Positions 1 through 10,781 of a DNA stretch of 64,000 bases are shown one piece after another. The notes under the pieces are model-generated. The model did not search any database and had not been told where the DNA came from. It saw only the letters and a list, made by a program, of their open reading frames with translations. Positions within the stretch are counted from its first letter, which is position 1. Each line of letters opens with the position of its first letter. A program made the translations under genes and the position numbers. The stretch comes from an uncultured bacterium (GTDB lineage Bacteria; Patescibacteriota; Minisyncoccia; UBA6257; 2-01-FULL-56-20): assembly GCA_963707865.1 (NCBI GenBank), contig OY970175.1:16748-80747 (forward strand), written 5' to 3'.

Positions 1-111
1 CGGAAGATCGCGGAAAAGAAGCTGCCGGACTTAAACACCGACAATCTGGACGCGGCGGAAAAAATCATCCGCGGCACCGCGCGGAACATGGGGATAGAGG
101 TGACGGACTAA
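1..111 (+). CDS. 3' end of unidentified upstream gene (partial; ...[22 protein letters not shown])
   Basis: Open frame running to TAA at 109-111; 5' end outside window; product not recognised. Confidence 0.25.
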   Translation, partial: RKIAEKKLPDLNTDNLDAAEKIIRGTARNMGIEVTD

Positions 112-160
112 GAGCGGTCAGTTTAGAAGAATCCGAGATGTGACATGCCGTAAGAAGTTT

Positions 161-634
161 TCAACGAGCAGGTTTCCGTGCGGTTGCTTGCAGTATTCTG
201 TGCCAGTGGTTATGCCCTGTCTCGTCGTCGTAATCGTCAATGATTTCGGTTGCGATCTCGGCGAAGCCACTATTATTTAGGAGATCGTGGATTTTGTGGA
301 TGGTCAAATCCGAGGTGCTCTGTTTGTCGGAGATGTCAAAGGTGCGCAGGAAGAGACATCCGCCCGGCTTCAAGTTGTCGTACGCAGTACGGATCAACTG
401 CGCACGATTTTCGAGTTTGTGCAGGACATAATTGGAATATACGAGGTCAAACGGAGCCGCATCGGATAAAAATGGCTTCTCCAAATCCGTGTCCATTTTT
501 ATGTCAACCCCCACCGCCTTCCATCCGAGCTGTTTAAGATCGTTCGCGTCAACGAGTTCGCCGGCTCCTAGGTCTAACGCCTTACCAGGAACATTAAAGT
601 TCTTCTTTATAAATTTTTCCAAAAACGGATTCAT
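161..634 (-). CDS. class I SAM-dependent methyltransferase
   Basis: 157 aa; glycine-rich motif I LDLGAGEL and acidic motif II GVDI typical of Rossmann-fold methyltransferases. Confidence 0.55.
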   Translation of the reverse strand: MNPFLEKFIKKNFNVPGKALDLGAGELVDANDLKQLGWKAVGVDIKMDTDLEKPFLSDAAPFDLVYSNYVLHKLENRAQLIRTAYDNLKPGGCLFLRTFDISDKQSTSDLTIHKIHDLLNNSGFAEIATEIIDDYDDETGHNHWHRILQATARKPAR

Positions 635-713
635 GGTATCTTTAAAATCAATGATGGGGAATTTGACCTAAAAGTCAAATATCGTTTAATGAAGTTTTAA
701 GGTTTATAATGAG

Positions 714-1406
714 ATGAATCCTATGCCTACGCAAGGCAAGTTCATCGTGATAGAGGGAACGGACGGATCGGGGAAGACCGTGCAATTTGAGCGGCTGGTG
801 CTCGCGTTGCCCGAAGGCACGAAGCTGGGGACGCTGGACTTCCCGCAGTACGGGGAGCCGTCGTCGTATTTCGTGGAGAAATATCTTACCGGGAAATACG
901 GTGGCGAGCTCGGACCATATGCGGCATCTGTCCTTTTCGCCGTGGATCGCTTTGACGTCAAATTGAAAATCCTTCAGTGGTTGGGAGAGGAAAGGATCGT
1001 TCTCGCGAACCGGTATGTTGCGTCCAATATGGCGTATCAGGGAGCAAAGATTGCTCACAGAGGAGAGCGCGAAGAATTTTATCGCTGGCTCCATGAGCTG
1101 GAATTCGGAACCCTCGGTGTTCCAAAACCGTACATAAATATCGTGCTGCATGTTCCCGCAGAAATTTCCTACAAGCTTGCGGGAAAAAGTCATGCGCGGG
1201 AGCACCATGGAGGTGGGAACGAAGCACGCGATCTCCACGAGGCGGACTTTGCGTACCAGAAGTGTGCGGAGGAAGTATACCTGGAAATCGCCGCGCTTTT
1301 TCCCAAGGAATTTGAAGTGATTGAATGCGCGCCGGAAGGCGTCCTTCTTTCGACGGACGAGATCCATGCCCTTGTGTGGCAAGTCGTCCAAAATGTTTTG
1401 GGTTGA
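714..1406 (+). CDS. tmk: thymidylate kinase
   Basis: P-loop FIVIEGTDGSGKTVQ plus LID and dTMP-binding regions (NRYVASNMAYQ); 230 aa. Confidence 0.85.
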   Translation: MNPMPTQGKFIVIEGTDGSGKTVQFERLVLALPEGTKLGTLDFPQYGEPSSYFVEKYLTGKYGGELGPYAASVLFAVDRFDVKLKILQWLGEERIVLANRYVASNMAYQGAKIAHRGEREEFYRWLHELEFGTLGVPKPYINIVLHVPAEISYKLAGKSHAREHHGGGNEARDLHEADFAYQKCAEEVYLEIAALFPKEFEVIECAPEGVLLSTDEIHALVWQVVQNVLG

Positions 1407-1462
1407 TATGCAGTAGCCGCGCAACCTTTACTTTGTGCCGCGAATCGCGAATAATCAAACCA

Positions 1463-2896
1463 ATGGCGACTGCGAAAAAATATAAGCCGACCATCGGCTT
1501 GGAAATCCACGCGGAATTGAAAACGCGGACGAAGATGTTCTGTGATTCGCTGAATGATCCGGGGGAAAGGCGTCCAAATGTGAACGTCTGCCCGGTGTGT
1601 CTCGGGCATCCGGGGACATTGCCTGTTCCAAACAAGCGGGCGATAGAATACGTGCTGAAAACCGGACTCGCGCTCGGCGGACACGCGAACGCGGTCACCA
1701 AATTTGACCGCAAAAATTATTTCTATCCCGACCTCCCGAAGGGCTATCAGATTTCGCAGTACGACAAGCCGCTCATCCACGGCGGCGAATTAATGGGCGT
1801 CCGTATCCGGCGGGTCCACCTGGAAGAAGACACGGGGACACTCGTGCACGCGGGGGATGCCTCGCTCGTGGATTACAACCGTTCCGGCGTGCCTTTGATG
1901 GAACTTGTGACGGAGCCGGACTTACATAGTGCGGGCGACACTACCGCCTTCGCGCGTGAGCTCCAGCTCATATTGCGCTACCTCGGCGTTTCGGACGCCA
2001 ACATGGAAAAAGGGGAGATGCGCATTGAGGCAAACGTGAGCTTGGACATGGGCACAAAGGTGGAGCTCAAAAATATCAATTCGTTCAAGGCGGTGCACGA
2101 TGCGGTGGAATATGAACTCACGCGGCAGGAAGAGGCGCTTGCGCGCGGGGAGAAATTGACGCAAGAAACGCGGGGCTGGGACGAGGCGAAACAAAAAACC
2201 GTGTCACAGCGCTCAAAGGAGGAGGCGCACGATTATCGCTATTTTCCCGAACCGGACATCCCGCCGTTTGAAGCGATTGCGTTTGAGCCCGAAAGGCTGC
2301 GCGAGACGCTGCCCGAACTTCCTGCACAAAAGCGCACGCGGTTCGCGCGGGAATACGGCTTGGACGCGAGACAGGTGGAAATTTTGGTCTCCGACCGTTT
2401 CGCTGCCGATTATTTTGAAGAAGCGTCGTCGGAACTTTGCGAGCAATTGTCGGGTGAGCGTTTGTCCGCCACCGCCGTTGCGACGCTCTATAATTATCTT
2501 ACGAGCGATCTGCGGGGTTTGATGAATGAGGGCGATGTGGCATTCTCGGAATTGAAAGTGACGCCCGAACACCTCGCGCACCTTGCAGCGCTCGTTGAAG
2601 AAAAGAAAATAACGAGTCGCCAGGCGAAGGACATGCTCGCGAGAATGTTCGCAACCGGCGACGATCCAGGAGAGATCACAGCGAGCGAGGGTATTGGCGT
2701 GGTTTCTGATATGGGCGAGATAGAAACGGTCGTGCGCGCGGTCGTTGCGGAAAATCCAACCGCGGTTGCCGATTATAAAAAGGGTAAGACCGCGAGCCTG
2801 CAATTCCTGATCGGCAAGGCGATGGGCAAGCTGAAGGGCCGCGCGCAGCCCACGACGCTCAAAGAACTTTTTGAACGCAATCTGAATGGCGCTTGA
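1463..2896 (+). CDS. gatB: Asp-tRNA(Asn)/Glu-tRNA(Gln) amidotransferase subunit B
   Basis: N-terminal YKPTIGLEIHAEL and C-terminal GatB/YqeY domain; ATG at 1463 chosen inside the 1325 ORF because homology begins at MATAKKYKPT. Confidence 0.9.
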   Translation: MATAKKYKPTIGLEIHAELKTRTKMFCDSLNDPGERRPNVNVCPVCLGHPGTLPVPNKRAIEYVLKTGLALGGHANAVTKFDRKNYFYPDLPKGYQISQYDKPLIHGGELMGVRIRRVHLEEDTGTLVHAGDASLVDYNRSGVPLMELVTEPDLHSAGDTTAFARELQLILRYLGVSDANMEKGEMRIEANVSLDMGTKVELKNINSFKAVHDAVEYELTRQEEALARGEKLTQETRGWDEAKQKTVSQRSKEEAHDYRYFPEPDIPPFEAIAFEPERLRETLPELPAQKRTRFAREYGLDARQVEILVSDRFAADYFEEASSELCEQLSGERLSATAVATLYNYLTSDLRGLMNEGDVAFSELKVTPEHLAHLAALVEEKKITSRQAKDMLARMFATGDDPGEITASEGIGVVSDMGEIETVVRAVVAENPTAVADYKKGKTASLQFLIGKAMGKLKGRAQPTTLKELFERNLNGA

Positions 2897-3788
2897 AGGA
2901 CGCTATGGCCTCGCGAGATTGCCGGATCCAGCGAAGGTCTTTATCTTTCCTGAACCACGAGAGCTGGCGTTTGGCGTAGCGCCACGTGTTGGTTTTGATG
3001 CGCGCCACCGCATCTTCGAGGGAGGTCTTTCCTTGGAGGTGGTTTACAAGCTCGCGGTAGCCGATGGCATTCAGCGCCTCGCAATCGGCACCATATTTTT
3101 TTAAGAGCCATCTGACTTCCTTGAGGAGCCCGGCGCACATCATCTGGTCCGCGCGGGCGTTAATGCGTTTTCGGAGCTCGCCCAAAGGGGGATTAAGTCC
3201 GATTCTCAACGTATCAAAAAGCGGCGCGCGCGTTTTGCGCTGAGCGGTGAATGGTTTCCCGGTTGCGAGCGCGACCTCAAGCGCCCGCACGACGCGCCGC
3301 GGATTTTTCAGATCTACGATGTCCGCCGCTTCGGGATCAAGCACCACAAGTTTTTTCGCGACCGCGGCGAGCCCTTTTTTCTTGATCTCGCATTCAATTG
3401 CAGCGCGTAGCGTTGGATCCGCGCTTACTTTTGGGATGTCAAGGTTGTCCAGTACCGCCCTTACGTACAGTCCCGTGCCGCCGACAAGAATAGGCAGTTT
3501 TTTTCTCCGCAAAATGTTTTTGATCGCAGCAATGGCATCCGCCTTGTACTCTGCGACCGTATAATGTTCGTCAGGATTTTTTATATCAATAAGATGATGG
3601 GGGACGGCGCGCCGTTCCGCCAAAGTCGGCTTTGCCGTACCGATGTCCATCCCACGATAAACCTGCCGCGAATCTGCGGAGACGATTTCGCCATTGAACT
3701 TTTTGGCCATGGCGGCCGCAAGCGCGGTTTTTCCGCTTGCCGTTGGGCCGACGACAGCCACTATCTTTTTATAGCTTCTTTCTCTCAA
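2859..3788 (-). CDS. miaA: tRNA dimethylallyltransferase
   Basis: P-loop VVGPTASGKT and SADSRQVYRGMDIGTAKP motif; 309 aa; 3' end overlaps the convergent gatB by 38 nt. Confidence 0.9.
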   Translation of the reverse strand: MRERSYKKIVAVVGPTASGKTALAAAMAKKFNGEIVSADSRQVYRGMDIGTAKPTLAERRAVPHHLIDIKNPDEHYTVAEYKADAIAAIKNILRRKKLPILVGGTGLYVRAVLDNLDIPKVSADPTLRAAIECEIKKKGLAAVAKKLVVLDPEAADIVDLKNPRRVVRALEVALATGKPFTAQRKTRAPLFDTLRIGLNPPLGELRKRINARADQMMCAGLLKEVRWLLKKYGADCEALNAIGYRELVNHLQGKTSLEDAVARIKTNTWRYAKRQLSWFRKDKDLRWIRQSREAIASFKRHSDCVQKVL

Positions 3789-5520
3789 TATTTTCTCTGA
3801 TGTTTTTCAGAAAATCATCTAAATTTTGCGAGCCCTCGTCTCCTTTTTTTGTCCGGACGGCCACCGCGCCGTTTTTTTGTTCTTTTTCGCCGACCACGAG
3901 TATAGAGGGGATTTTCATGAGCTCCGCTTCGCGGATGCGCTTGCCGAGCGACTCGTTCGCCTCCGAAAGTTCCGCGCGGACACCAGCGGTTGCAAGTTTT
4001 TCATAAACCTCGCGCGCATATTCGGAAAATTTTTCGCTTACGGGGAGCACGCATACTTGCGTGGGCGCGAGCCAGAGAGGGAAGGCACCCGCAAAATGTT
4101 CAATAAGGACGCCAAGGAACCGTTCAATGGAACCCATGATGGCGGCGTGGATCATGACGATCCGCTCATGTTCGCCTTTCTCGTTTACGCAGAAAAGATC
4201 AAAACGCTCCGGCATATTCATATCTAGTTGGATGGTCGCCACTTGGTGTTCGCGGCCGAGCGCGTCTTTTGCCATAAAGTCCAGCTTCGGGCCATAGAAT
4301 GCCGCTTCACCGACGCCTTCAAACGTTTCCGTCGTTTTCTCCGCTGCGATCTCGCGGAGCATGTTCTCCGCTTGCTTCCAGTGTTTCGCGTCGCCCAAGT
4401 ATTTTTCGGGATGTACTGGGTCGTGGAGCGAGAGCCGTACGCGGAGCGGAAAGCCGAACACGCCGTAGAACTCGTGCACAATGTCCCAAATTTTCACGAA
4501 CTCCTCTTTGGTTTGCGATTGCCGGCAGAAGACGTGCGCATCGTCCTGTGTGATCGCGAGGACACGCGTGATCCCCGCGAGCTCGCCCGATTGTTCATCA
4601 CGATATACTTTAGTGGTCGTTGCATACCGCTGCGGGAGTTCGCGGTAGCTCCATTGCCGGCGCGCGTAGATCTGCGCGTGGTGCGGGCAGTTCATCGGCT
4701 TCATGACGAAGAGGTGCCCCTCGCGCGTCGTTATTTTAAAAAGATCGTCTTTGAATTTTTCCCAATGGCCGCTTGTCTCGTAGAGCTCTTTTTTGGCAAG
4801 ATGGGGGATATCCACCTGCACATAGCCACGTTCCTCGCGGAGTTCCCAGACGAAATCGTCAAGGAGATTGCGGAGGAGCGTACCTTTCGGGGTCCAAAGG
4901 GGAAGTCCCGGTCCCACAAGGTCAGAAAACGTAAAAAGATCCAGCCGCTCACCAAGCTTTTTGTGATCGCGTTTCTCGGCCTCTTCGCGGAGCGTGAGGA
5001 AGTCACCCAATTCTTTTTTGCTCCCGAATGCGAGGCCATAGATGCGCTGGAGCATCGGATTTTTCTCGTTGCCGCGCCAGTAGGCGCCCGCGATCTTGTC
5101 CAATTTGAACGCGTCGCCGGGAATTTCTTTTGTGTTTTCCACATGCCCGCCGCGGCAAAGGTCCATAAAGACCTCGCCCGTGCGGTAGACGGTCAGCTTT
5201 TCACCGCCCTCCGAGAATTCTTTGACGAGTTCCAATTTGAACGGCTGGTTCTTGAAAAGTTTTTTTGCTTCGGCCACGGTCACGGGTTCGCCCGCGAACG
5301 GCATATTTTTGTTGACGAGACTCCGCATCGTTTTTTCAAATGTCTTCAGATCGTCGGGCGTGAGCGAGCGCGGCAGAAGAAAATCATAATAAAACCCGCT
5401 CTCAATCGTGGGGCCGATGCCGAGTTTCGCGTCCGGGAATTCCTTCAAGACCGCCGCGGCGAGCAAGTGGGCGAGCGAGTGGCGGATGGCATCCAACGAA
5501 GCAGGTTCCGATTTCGGCAT
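3769..5520 (-). CDS. thrS: threonyl-tRNA synthetase (compact, no N1/TGS domain)
   Basis: Starts at the editing domain (RHSLAHLLAAAV, HxxxH); RDHKKLG motif; class II catalytic core and C-terminal anticodon-binding domain; 583 aa. Confidence 0.88.
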   Translation of the reverse strand: MPKSEPASLDAIRHSLAHLLAAAVLKEFPDAKLGIGPTIESGFYYDFLLPRSLTPDDLKTFEKTMRSLVNKNMPFAGEPVTVAEAKKLFKNQPFKLELVKEFSEGGEKLTVYRTGEVFMDLCRGGHVENTKEIPGDAFKLDKIAGAYWRGNEKNPMLQRIYGLAFGSKKELGDFLTLREEAEKRDHKKLGERLDLFTFSDLVGPGLPLWTPKGTLLRNLLDDFVWELREERGYVQVDIPHLAKKELYETSGHWEKFKDDLFKITTREGHLFVMKPMNCPHHAQIYARRQWSYRELPQRYATTTKVYRDEQSGELAGITRVLAITQDDAHVFCRQSQTKEEFVKIWDIVHEFYGVFGFPLRVRLSLHDPVHPEKYLGDAKHWKQAENMLREIAAEKTTETFEGVGEAAFYGPKLDFMAKDALGREHQVATIQLDMNMPERFDLFCVNEKGEHERIVMIHAAIMGSIERFLGVLIEHFAGAFPLWLAPTQVCVLPVSEKFSEYAREVYEKLATAGVRAELSEANESLGKRIREAELMKIPSILVVGEKEQKNGAVAVRTKKGDEGSQNLDDFLKNIRENIERKKL

Positions 5521-5591
5521 GATATAGCCATTGTAAAACAGAAGTTGGGCATCTTCAAGCTTAACTTTTTGCGTTGAATGATATAGAATGA

Positions 5592-6875
5592 ATGAACATG
5601 CTGGATATTAAGATACTTCGCGAAGATTCTGAACGGATAAAAAAAGCGACCGTTGCAAAGAACGGCGACCCGAAGCTGGTGGACGAGTTTTTGAAATTGG
5701 ACGAGGAGTGGCGGAAGCTCACACAAGAGGTTGATGCGAAGCGTGCAGAGCAGAAGAAATTGAGCGAGAAGCGCGATGTTGAGGGCGGGAAGAAGAATAA
5801 AGAGGAGATTAAACTGCTCGCGGAAAAAATCGCGACAATTGAGAAAAAACGGCAGACAATTTGGGAAAAAATTCCGAATCTGCCGTCCGAAGACACGCCG
5901 GTCGGTAAGGACGAATTGGCGAACAAGGTGTTGCGCAAGAACGGCGAGCCCAAAAAGTTTGATTTTGAACCGAAGGACCACGTGGCGCTCGGCGAGGCGC
6001 TCGGGATTATTGATATTGAATCCGCTGGGAAGGTGGCGGGCAGTCGTTTTGCATATTTGAAAGGCGACCTCGCGCGCATGGAGTTCGCGCTCATTCAATA
6101 TGTGATGGAGGTGCTTACGGACGTTAAGATCATTGAATCAATAGCAGACGGCGTGAAGCCGGGATATTCCGCAAAGCCCTTCATGCCGGTCGTGCCGCCG
6201 GTCATGATCCGCCCGGAAGTGTTCCAGCGCATGGGGCGGCTTGAGCCAAAGGAAGAGCGGTATTACATGCCCGCCGACGATCTTTATTTGATCGGCTCCG
6301 CGGAACATACGCTGGGACCGCTGCATATGGATGAGACAATTCCCGAAGAAAAATTGCCGATCCGCTACCTCGGTTTCTCCACCGCCTTCCGGCGCGAGGC
6401 GGGTTCGTACGGAAAGGATGTGCGCGGCATCCTTCGCGTACACCAGTTTGATAAGCTGGAGCTGGAGAGTTTCACCGTGCCGGAGGACGGGATCACGGAA
6501 CAGGATTTTTTCGTGGCGGTGCAGGAATATTTGATGTGGTCGCTTGAGCTGCCGTATCAGGTGATCATTTGTTCCACGGGCGATCAGGGCGATCCGGATG
6601 CGCGGCACTTGGATATTGAAACGTGGCTGCCATCAGAGAAAAGATACCGCGAGACGCATTCGGCGGATTACATGACGGATTACCAGGCGCGGCGCCTCGG
6701 CACGCGCGTGCGTCGCAAGGATGGGAAGAGCGAAGTGGCGCACATGAACGATGCCACGGCGCTCGCAATCGGCCGCACGCTCATCGCGATCATGGAAAAT
6801 TATCAGACGAAAGAGGGGAAGATCGGCGTTCCGAAAGTGCTTCAGAAATACGTTGGGAAGGAGGTTATTGGTTGA
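5592..6875 (+). CDS. serS: seryl-tRNA synthetase
   Basis: N-terminal MLDIKILRED, coiled-coil arm, class II motifs; 427 aa. Confidence 0.9.
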   Translation: MNMLDIKILREDSERIKKATVAKNGDPKLVDEFLKLDEEWRKLTQEVDAKRAEQKKLSEKRDVEGGKKNKEEIKLLAEKIATIEKKRQTIWEKIPNLPSEDTPVGKDELANKVLRKNGEPKKFDFEPKDHVALGEALGIIDIESAGKVAGSRFAYLKGDLARMEFALIQYVMEVLTDVKIIESIADGVKPGYSAKPFMPVVPPVMIRPEVFQRMGRLEPKEERYYMPADDLYLIGSAEHTLGPLHMDETIPEEKLPIRYLGFSTAFRREAGSYGKDVRGILRVHQFDKLELESFTVPEDGITEQDFFVAVQEYLMWSLELPYQVIICSTGDQGDPDARHLDIETWLPSEKRYRETHSADYMTDYQARRLGTRVRRKDGKSEVAHMNDATALAIGRTLIAIMENYQTKEGKIGVPKVLQKYVGKEVIG

Positions 6876-6882
6876 TGCGCGC

Positions 6883-7704
6883 ATGAAAATCGGGGTCTTT
6901 GACTCTGGTTTGGGCGGGCTGTTTATCATGCGGGCTTTGGCGCGCGAACTTCCTCAATACGACTATGTATATCTTGGCGACACGCAACGGGTGCCGTATG
7001 GCAATCGCTCGCCGGAGACGATATATCAATTTTTGGAAGAAGCCGTTTATTTTTTGTTCAAGAGAAATTGCAACCTTATTATCGTCGCGTGCAATACGGC
7101 GTCCGCGGAAGCGCTCCGTAAGATCCAACGGCAGTATCTTCCGCGGCATTATCCAAAACGGCGAGTCCTCGGCGTAATAATCCCCACAGTGGAAGAGGCC
7201 CTCGCAACTGTCAGCGAGAGCAATACTGGAAGGGTTTCAGCACTAAGGCGGCTCGGTGTGCTCGCCACCACGGGTACTGTTCGATCGGGAACTTATGTGC
7301 GGGAGGTGCGTAAACTGAATCCGCGTGCGAAGGTTTTCCAAAATGCCGCACCGCTACTTGTTCCTTTGATTGAAAACGACGGGCTGCAATGGGCGGACCC
7401 GATTGTACGCGTATATCTCGCGCCGCTCACGCGGAAAAAAGTAGAAAAGATCGTTTTAGGATGTACGCATTATCCCGCTCTTAAAAAAACGATTCAAAAG
7501 GCAGCCGGCGTCCCCGTGATTTCCCAGGATGAGATCATTCCGCGCAAATTAAAAGATTATTTAAAGCGCCACCCGGAGATAGATTCGCGGTTGGACAAGA
7601 AGCGCAGAAGGGAACTCCTCGTTACGGACATCACGCCGGCGTATGTGAGATTATCTCGGAAGTGGTTCGGGAAAACTGCAAAACTGAAAAGCGTTGTGTT
7701 GTGA
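6883..7704 (+). CDS. murI: glutamate racemase
   Basis: MKIGVFDSGLGGL and CNTAS active-site regions; start set at the internal ATG just after the serS stop. Confidence 0.85.
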   Translation: MKIGVFDSGLGGLFIMRALARELPQYDYVYLGDTQRVPYGNRSPETIYQFLEEAVYFLFKRNCNLIIVACNTASAEALRKIQRQYLPRHYPKRRVLGVIIPTVEEALATVSESNTGRVSALRRLGVLATTGTVRSGTYVREVRKLNPRAKVFQNAAPLLVPLIENDGLQWADPIVRVYLAPLTRKKVEKIVLGCTHYPALKKTIQKAAGVPVISQDEIIPRKLKDYLKRHPEIDSRLDKKRRRELLVTDITPAYVRLSRKWFGKTAKLKSVVL

Positions 7705-7722
7705 ACTAAAAGCTGGCCACCA

Positions 7723-8043
7723 TTATTCTCGAGTTTCTAGCGGATAAAGATCATAAGCTATTTCCTCATAAGGATGGACTCTTTTCAGGGCAGCCAATAC
7801 TTCAGTAACTAATTCAGAATCACATTGGCACTCAATTCTTTCTTCTTCTACTTCTTCAAACTTTCCTACTTCACCTATTGCTGGTTTCGCGCCTTGTTCG
7901 GGCTTGAATCGGCCAACGCCCCTAACGCTAAAACTACAGAAGGAATAAGCTCCGAGCTTCCCAGCTCCGGCTTGGCCAATAGCTTTTCTCGCTTGTTCTG
8001 CATAAGGTACAGGAATCGTGAAAACGAGTTTGTATTTGGACAT
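7723..8043 (-). CDS. small conserved hypothetical protein (possibly CutA/PII-like fold)
   Basis: ~106 aa from MSKYKLVFTIPVPYAEQARKA...HPYEEIAYDLYPL; resembles the CutA1/Nif3-insert pattern; weak assignment. Confidence 0.3.
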   Translation of the reverse strand: MSKYKLVFTIPVPYAEQARKAIGQAGAGKLGAYSFCSFSVRGVGRFKPEQGAKPAIGEVGKFEEVEEERIECQCDSELVTEVLAALKRVHPYEEIAYDLYPLETRE

Positions 8044-8087
8044 GAATATATTATAACAACCCAGAAATCTTCTGCGAAATATACCCG

Positions 8088-9239
8088 CTATGGACAAACA
8101 ATCCGCCGGATCTGCGCAGGCAGTCTGATGAACAGCTCGTACGGAATCGTCCCGCAGAGCTTCGCCATGTTTTCTACGGAGTTCGGCGCGCCGCGCTCGG
8201 CGCTCACGACGAGTACTTCGTCGTCAATCTGCGGATGGGGAACTCGCGAGACATCAAGGGAGGTCATGTTCATATTGATGCGGCCGACATAGGGGCAGGA
8301 GACGCCGGCCACGGTGGCCGTGCCGCAATTTGAAAGCCGGCGGTCAATGCCTTCCGCGTAGCCGACGGGGATCGTGGCAATAGTCACTTCTTTTTTGGCT
8401 TTGAATGTCCCGTGGTAGCCGACACTTTCTCCGGGCTTCACGGTTCGCACCGAAGTGATGCGCGTTTTCATCTCAAGTACGGGCTTGAGATCAAGATCCT
8501 GGTTTTGGCTCGTGTTCACACCATAAAGGCCGATGCCAAGGCGCATAAGATTGGCGTCAATCTCGCGGGAATAGTGGCTCCCCGCCGTGTTGCTCAAATG
8601 AAAAAAACGCACGTTTGAATTTCCTGGGGGATGTTTTTCTCTCACTACGCGTACTGCGGCATTCCACCGTTCAATTTGTGTTTTTGTATGCGCGGATGCG
8701 GGGGTATCGGCGTCTGCAAGATGGGAATATACCCCTTCAAGCGCGATCTGCTTGTTCTGGGCGATGACGTGAAGCGCCTCCCCCAGCTCTTCTAGGAGGA
8801 TACCCTGCCGGTGCATGCCGGTGTCAATTTTAAGATGGATTACGACGGGACGCCGCCGCGCAAGAGAAAGCCGCTGCAGTTCCGCGAGGCTCGTGATGCC
8901 GAACGACATGTTTTTCAACGTGCTTCGCAGAATGTTCGGGAGCGGTGTGTAGCCGAGAATAAGCAGCGGCGTGCGCACCCCCTCGTTTCTTAAGATGAGT
9001 GCTTCCACATACGAATCTATGCACAGGAAGTGGAGCGATTGATCGTCAAGAATTTTTGCGACTTGGACGAGGCCGTGGCCATACGCGTTGCTTTTGAGCA
9101 CGGGGGCGATCACGACGCCCGGATTCACCACCTGAAATTGCCGGAGGTTGTGGAGGATCCGGTCGCGATGGATGACGATGATAATGAGCGGCTCATAGCG
9201 GAACCGCAGGCTCCTGATTTTGCGGAATAAAATCCTCAT
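8088..9239 (-). CDS. alr: alanine racemase
   Basis: PLP-lysine motif APVLKSNAYGHG; the 8088-9548 ORF trimmed to the internal ATG (MRILFRK) where homology begins. Confidence 0.8.
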   Translation of the reverse strand: MRILFRKIRSLRFRYEPLIIIVIHRDRILHNLRQFQVVNPGVVIAPVLKSNAYGHGLVQVAKILDDQSLHFLCIDSYVEALILRNEGVRTPLLILGYTPLPNILRSTLKNMSFGITSLAELQRLSLARRRPVVIHLKIDTGMHRQGILLEELGEALHVIAQNKQIALEGVYSHLADADTPASAHTKTQIERWNAAVRVVREKHPPGNSNVRFFHLSNTAGSHYSREIDANLMRLGIGLYGVNTSQNQDLDLKPVLEMKTRITSVRTVKPGESVGYHGTFKAKKEVTIATIPVGYAEGIDRRLSNCGTATVAGVSCPYVGRINMNMTSLDVSRVPHPQIDDEVLVVSAERGAPNSVENMAKLCGTIPYELFIRLPAQIRRIVCP

Positions 9240-9264
9240 AGTGTTATTATCATTATATAGGTAT

Positions 9265-10125
9265 ATGGAACTTGACGCATACCTCTCCGATAAACAAAAA
9301 AAGCGTAAAAGGAAGCGGCGGTACGGATACGCCATCCTTGTGTGTGCATTCATTTTTTTTCTTGTGCTCGGCGCCGCATGGGTTGCATTCCGCTCGCCGT
9401 GGCTTCGTATAAAAAACATCACGGTGGAGGGAAATAGCGCGGTATCTTCCGACAGCGTGACGACGTTGCTCCAATCAAGCGTGCTCCGCGACCATAATTT
9501 CTTGAAATCACTCCTCGGCATCAACAATATGCTCATCTGGCCGAGCACGCTCGCGACGAGCGACCTAGTGTTTGTCCCGCAGCTTGCATCGGTCGCGATC
9601 GCAAAGGACTATGTTTCGCGTACGGTTGCTATAGAGGTGACGGAGCGCGCGCCGTTCGGAATATGGTGCTTTGTCTCCAGCATTTCCGGACCACTCGCGC
9701 CCGCGGCGGTCGCATCCGACACCGCGTCATCGGAAGACGAGAACTGTTATTGGTTTGATAACCAGGGGGTTCTTTTTAGCAGGACGTTTGATACGCAGGG
9801 GAGCTTGATGTTCGCCATCCACGATTATTCCCAAAACGGCCGCGGTCTCAACAACAGGGCCTTGCCGGATGAGTTCGTGCCGAATCTCATTTCCATCGTG
9901 AACGTGATCCGGGCGAGCGGCGTTCATGTAGACGATGTGGCGCTCAGAGACATCGGTCTCCAAGAAATTGACGTCACGACCTACGACGGCCCGTCGCTTT
10001 ATTTCAGTTTGCGCTTTCCAGCGGACGAGGATTTGTCTGTTCTCCAAAATCTAATGGCCAAGCCCGGCTTTAATAAGCTACAATATGTTGACTTCCGGGT
10101 AGAGAACCGCGCGTATTACAAATAA
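9265..10125 (+). CDS. FtsQ/DivIB-like cell division protein (POTRA domain)
   Basis: Lys/Arg-rich N-terminus, one TM helix, IKNITVEGN POTRA signature; start codon 25 nt from the divergent alr start. Confidence 0.55.
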   Translation: MELDAYLSDKQKKRKRKRRYGYAILVCAFIFFLVLGAAWVAFRSPWLRIKNITVEGNSAVSSDSVTTLLQSSVLRDHNFLKSLLGINNMLIWPSTLATSDLVFVPQLASVAIAKDYVSRTVAIEVTERAPFGIWCFVSSISGPLAPAAVASDTASSEDENCYWFDNQGVLFSRTFDTQGSLMFAIHDYSQNGRGLNNRALPDEFVPNLISIVNVIRASGVHVDDVALRDIGLQEIDVTTYDGPSLYFSLRFPADEDLSVLQNLMAKPGFNKLQYVDFRVENRAYYK

Positions 10126-10416
10126 GCTGAACCCTTCTTTTGTCTTTGCCGCTCACGCTGCGAACTTGAGAAATCTAGCTCGCTCATATACGAAAATCAG
10201 CCACCCTGGTCGCTGCTCCCGGGTACCCGGCGGAGTTTCTATTCGCTCGCTGATTTCTACCTCATTCTCCGCTACGAGCGGAAAATACAAAAGAAGGGCT
10301 CCATGTTTTTGGTTGGAATCGAGCATGCTTTTAAAAGTTGTTCGGATCCTCTCCCGTGCACTAAATAAAATTCTAGGCTCCGAGATCTTGCGGGATCGGA
10401 GCCTGCGAACGGGGTG

Positions 10417-10629
10417 TCATAGGAAACCCCCGCAAACGCAAAACGCATAGCAGAGAATTGCAATTTGGAATGCAACCCCTGCGAAAGCGAAGATTGCGAG
10501 AACGAGGTATGCCTTCGCCTCGCGTGCGAACCTTTTCTCATATTTCTCAAGGACCGCTACCATGCCCGACGTGGTATCCTGCTCGCCGAGCTTCCTCCAC
10601 AAACCCTGAAAATCAGGTAGGAAGAACAT
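10417..10629 (-). CDS. small hypothetical membrane protein
   Basis: 70 aa with C-terminal hydrophobic helix; no homology recognised; may be spurious. Confidence 0.2.
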   Translation of the reverse strand: MFFLPDFQGLWRKLGEQDTTSGMVAVLEKYEKRFAREAKAYLVLAIFAFAGVAFQIAILCYAFCVCGGFL

Positions 10630-10781
10630 ACGTCACCTCCTCCAAAGAACTTAATTACGACTTAATTGTAGCATATAAATCGATATATTGTCAAGTACAC
10701 GTAAAACAGGCTTGTTTTTGGCTAAAAGCCAAAGTTGTTTGAAGATCGTCCAGGCCTGTGCGTCAAGAATCTTTTAGTAAG

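Noticed and set aside
9240-9264. 25-bp divergent gap between alr and the ftsQ-like gene, considered as evidence that one start is mis-called
   Set aside because: Both starts coincide with the onset of homology, and TATA-rich -10-like boxes face each way; kept as annotated but flagged as uncertain
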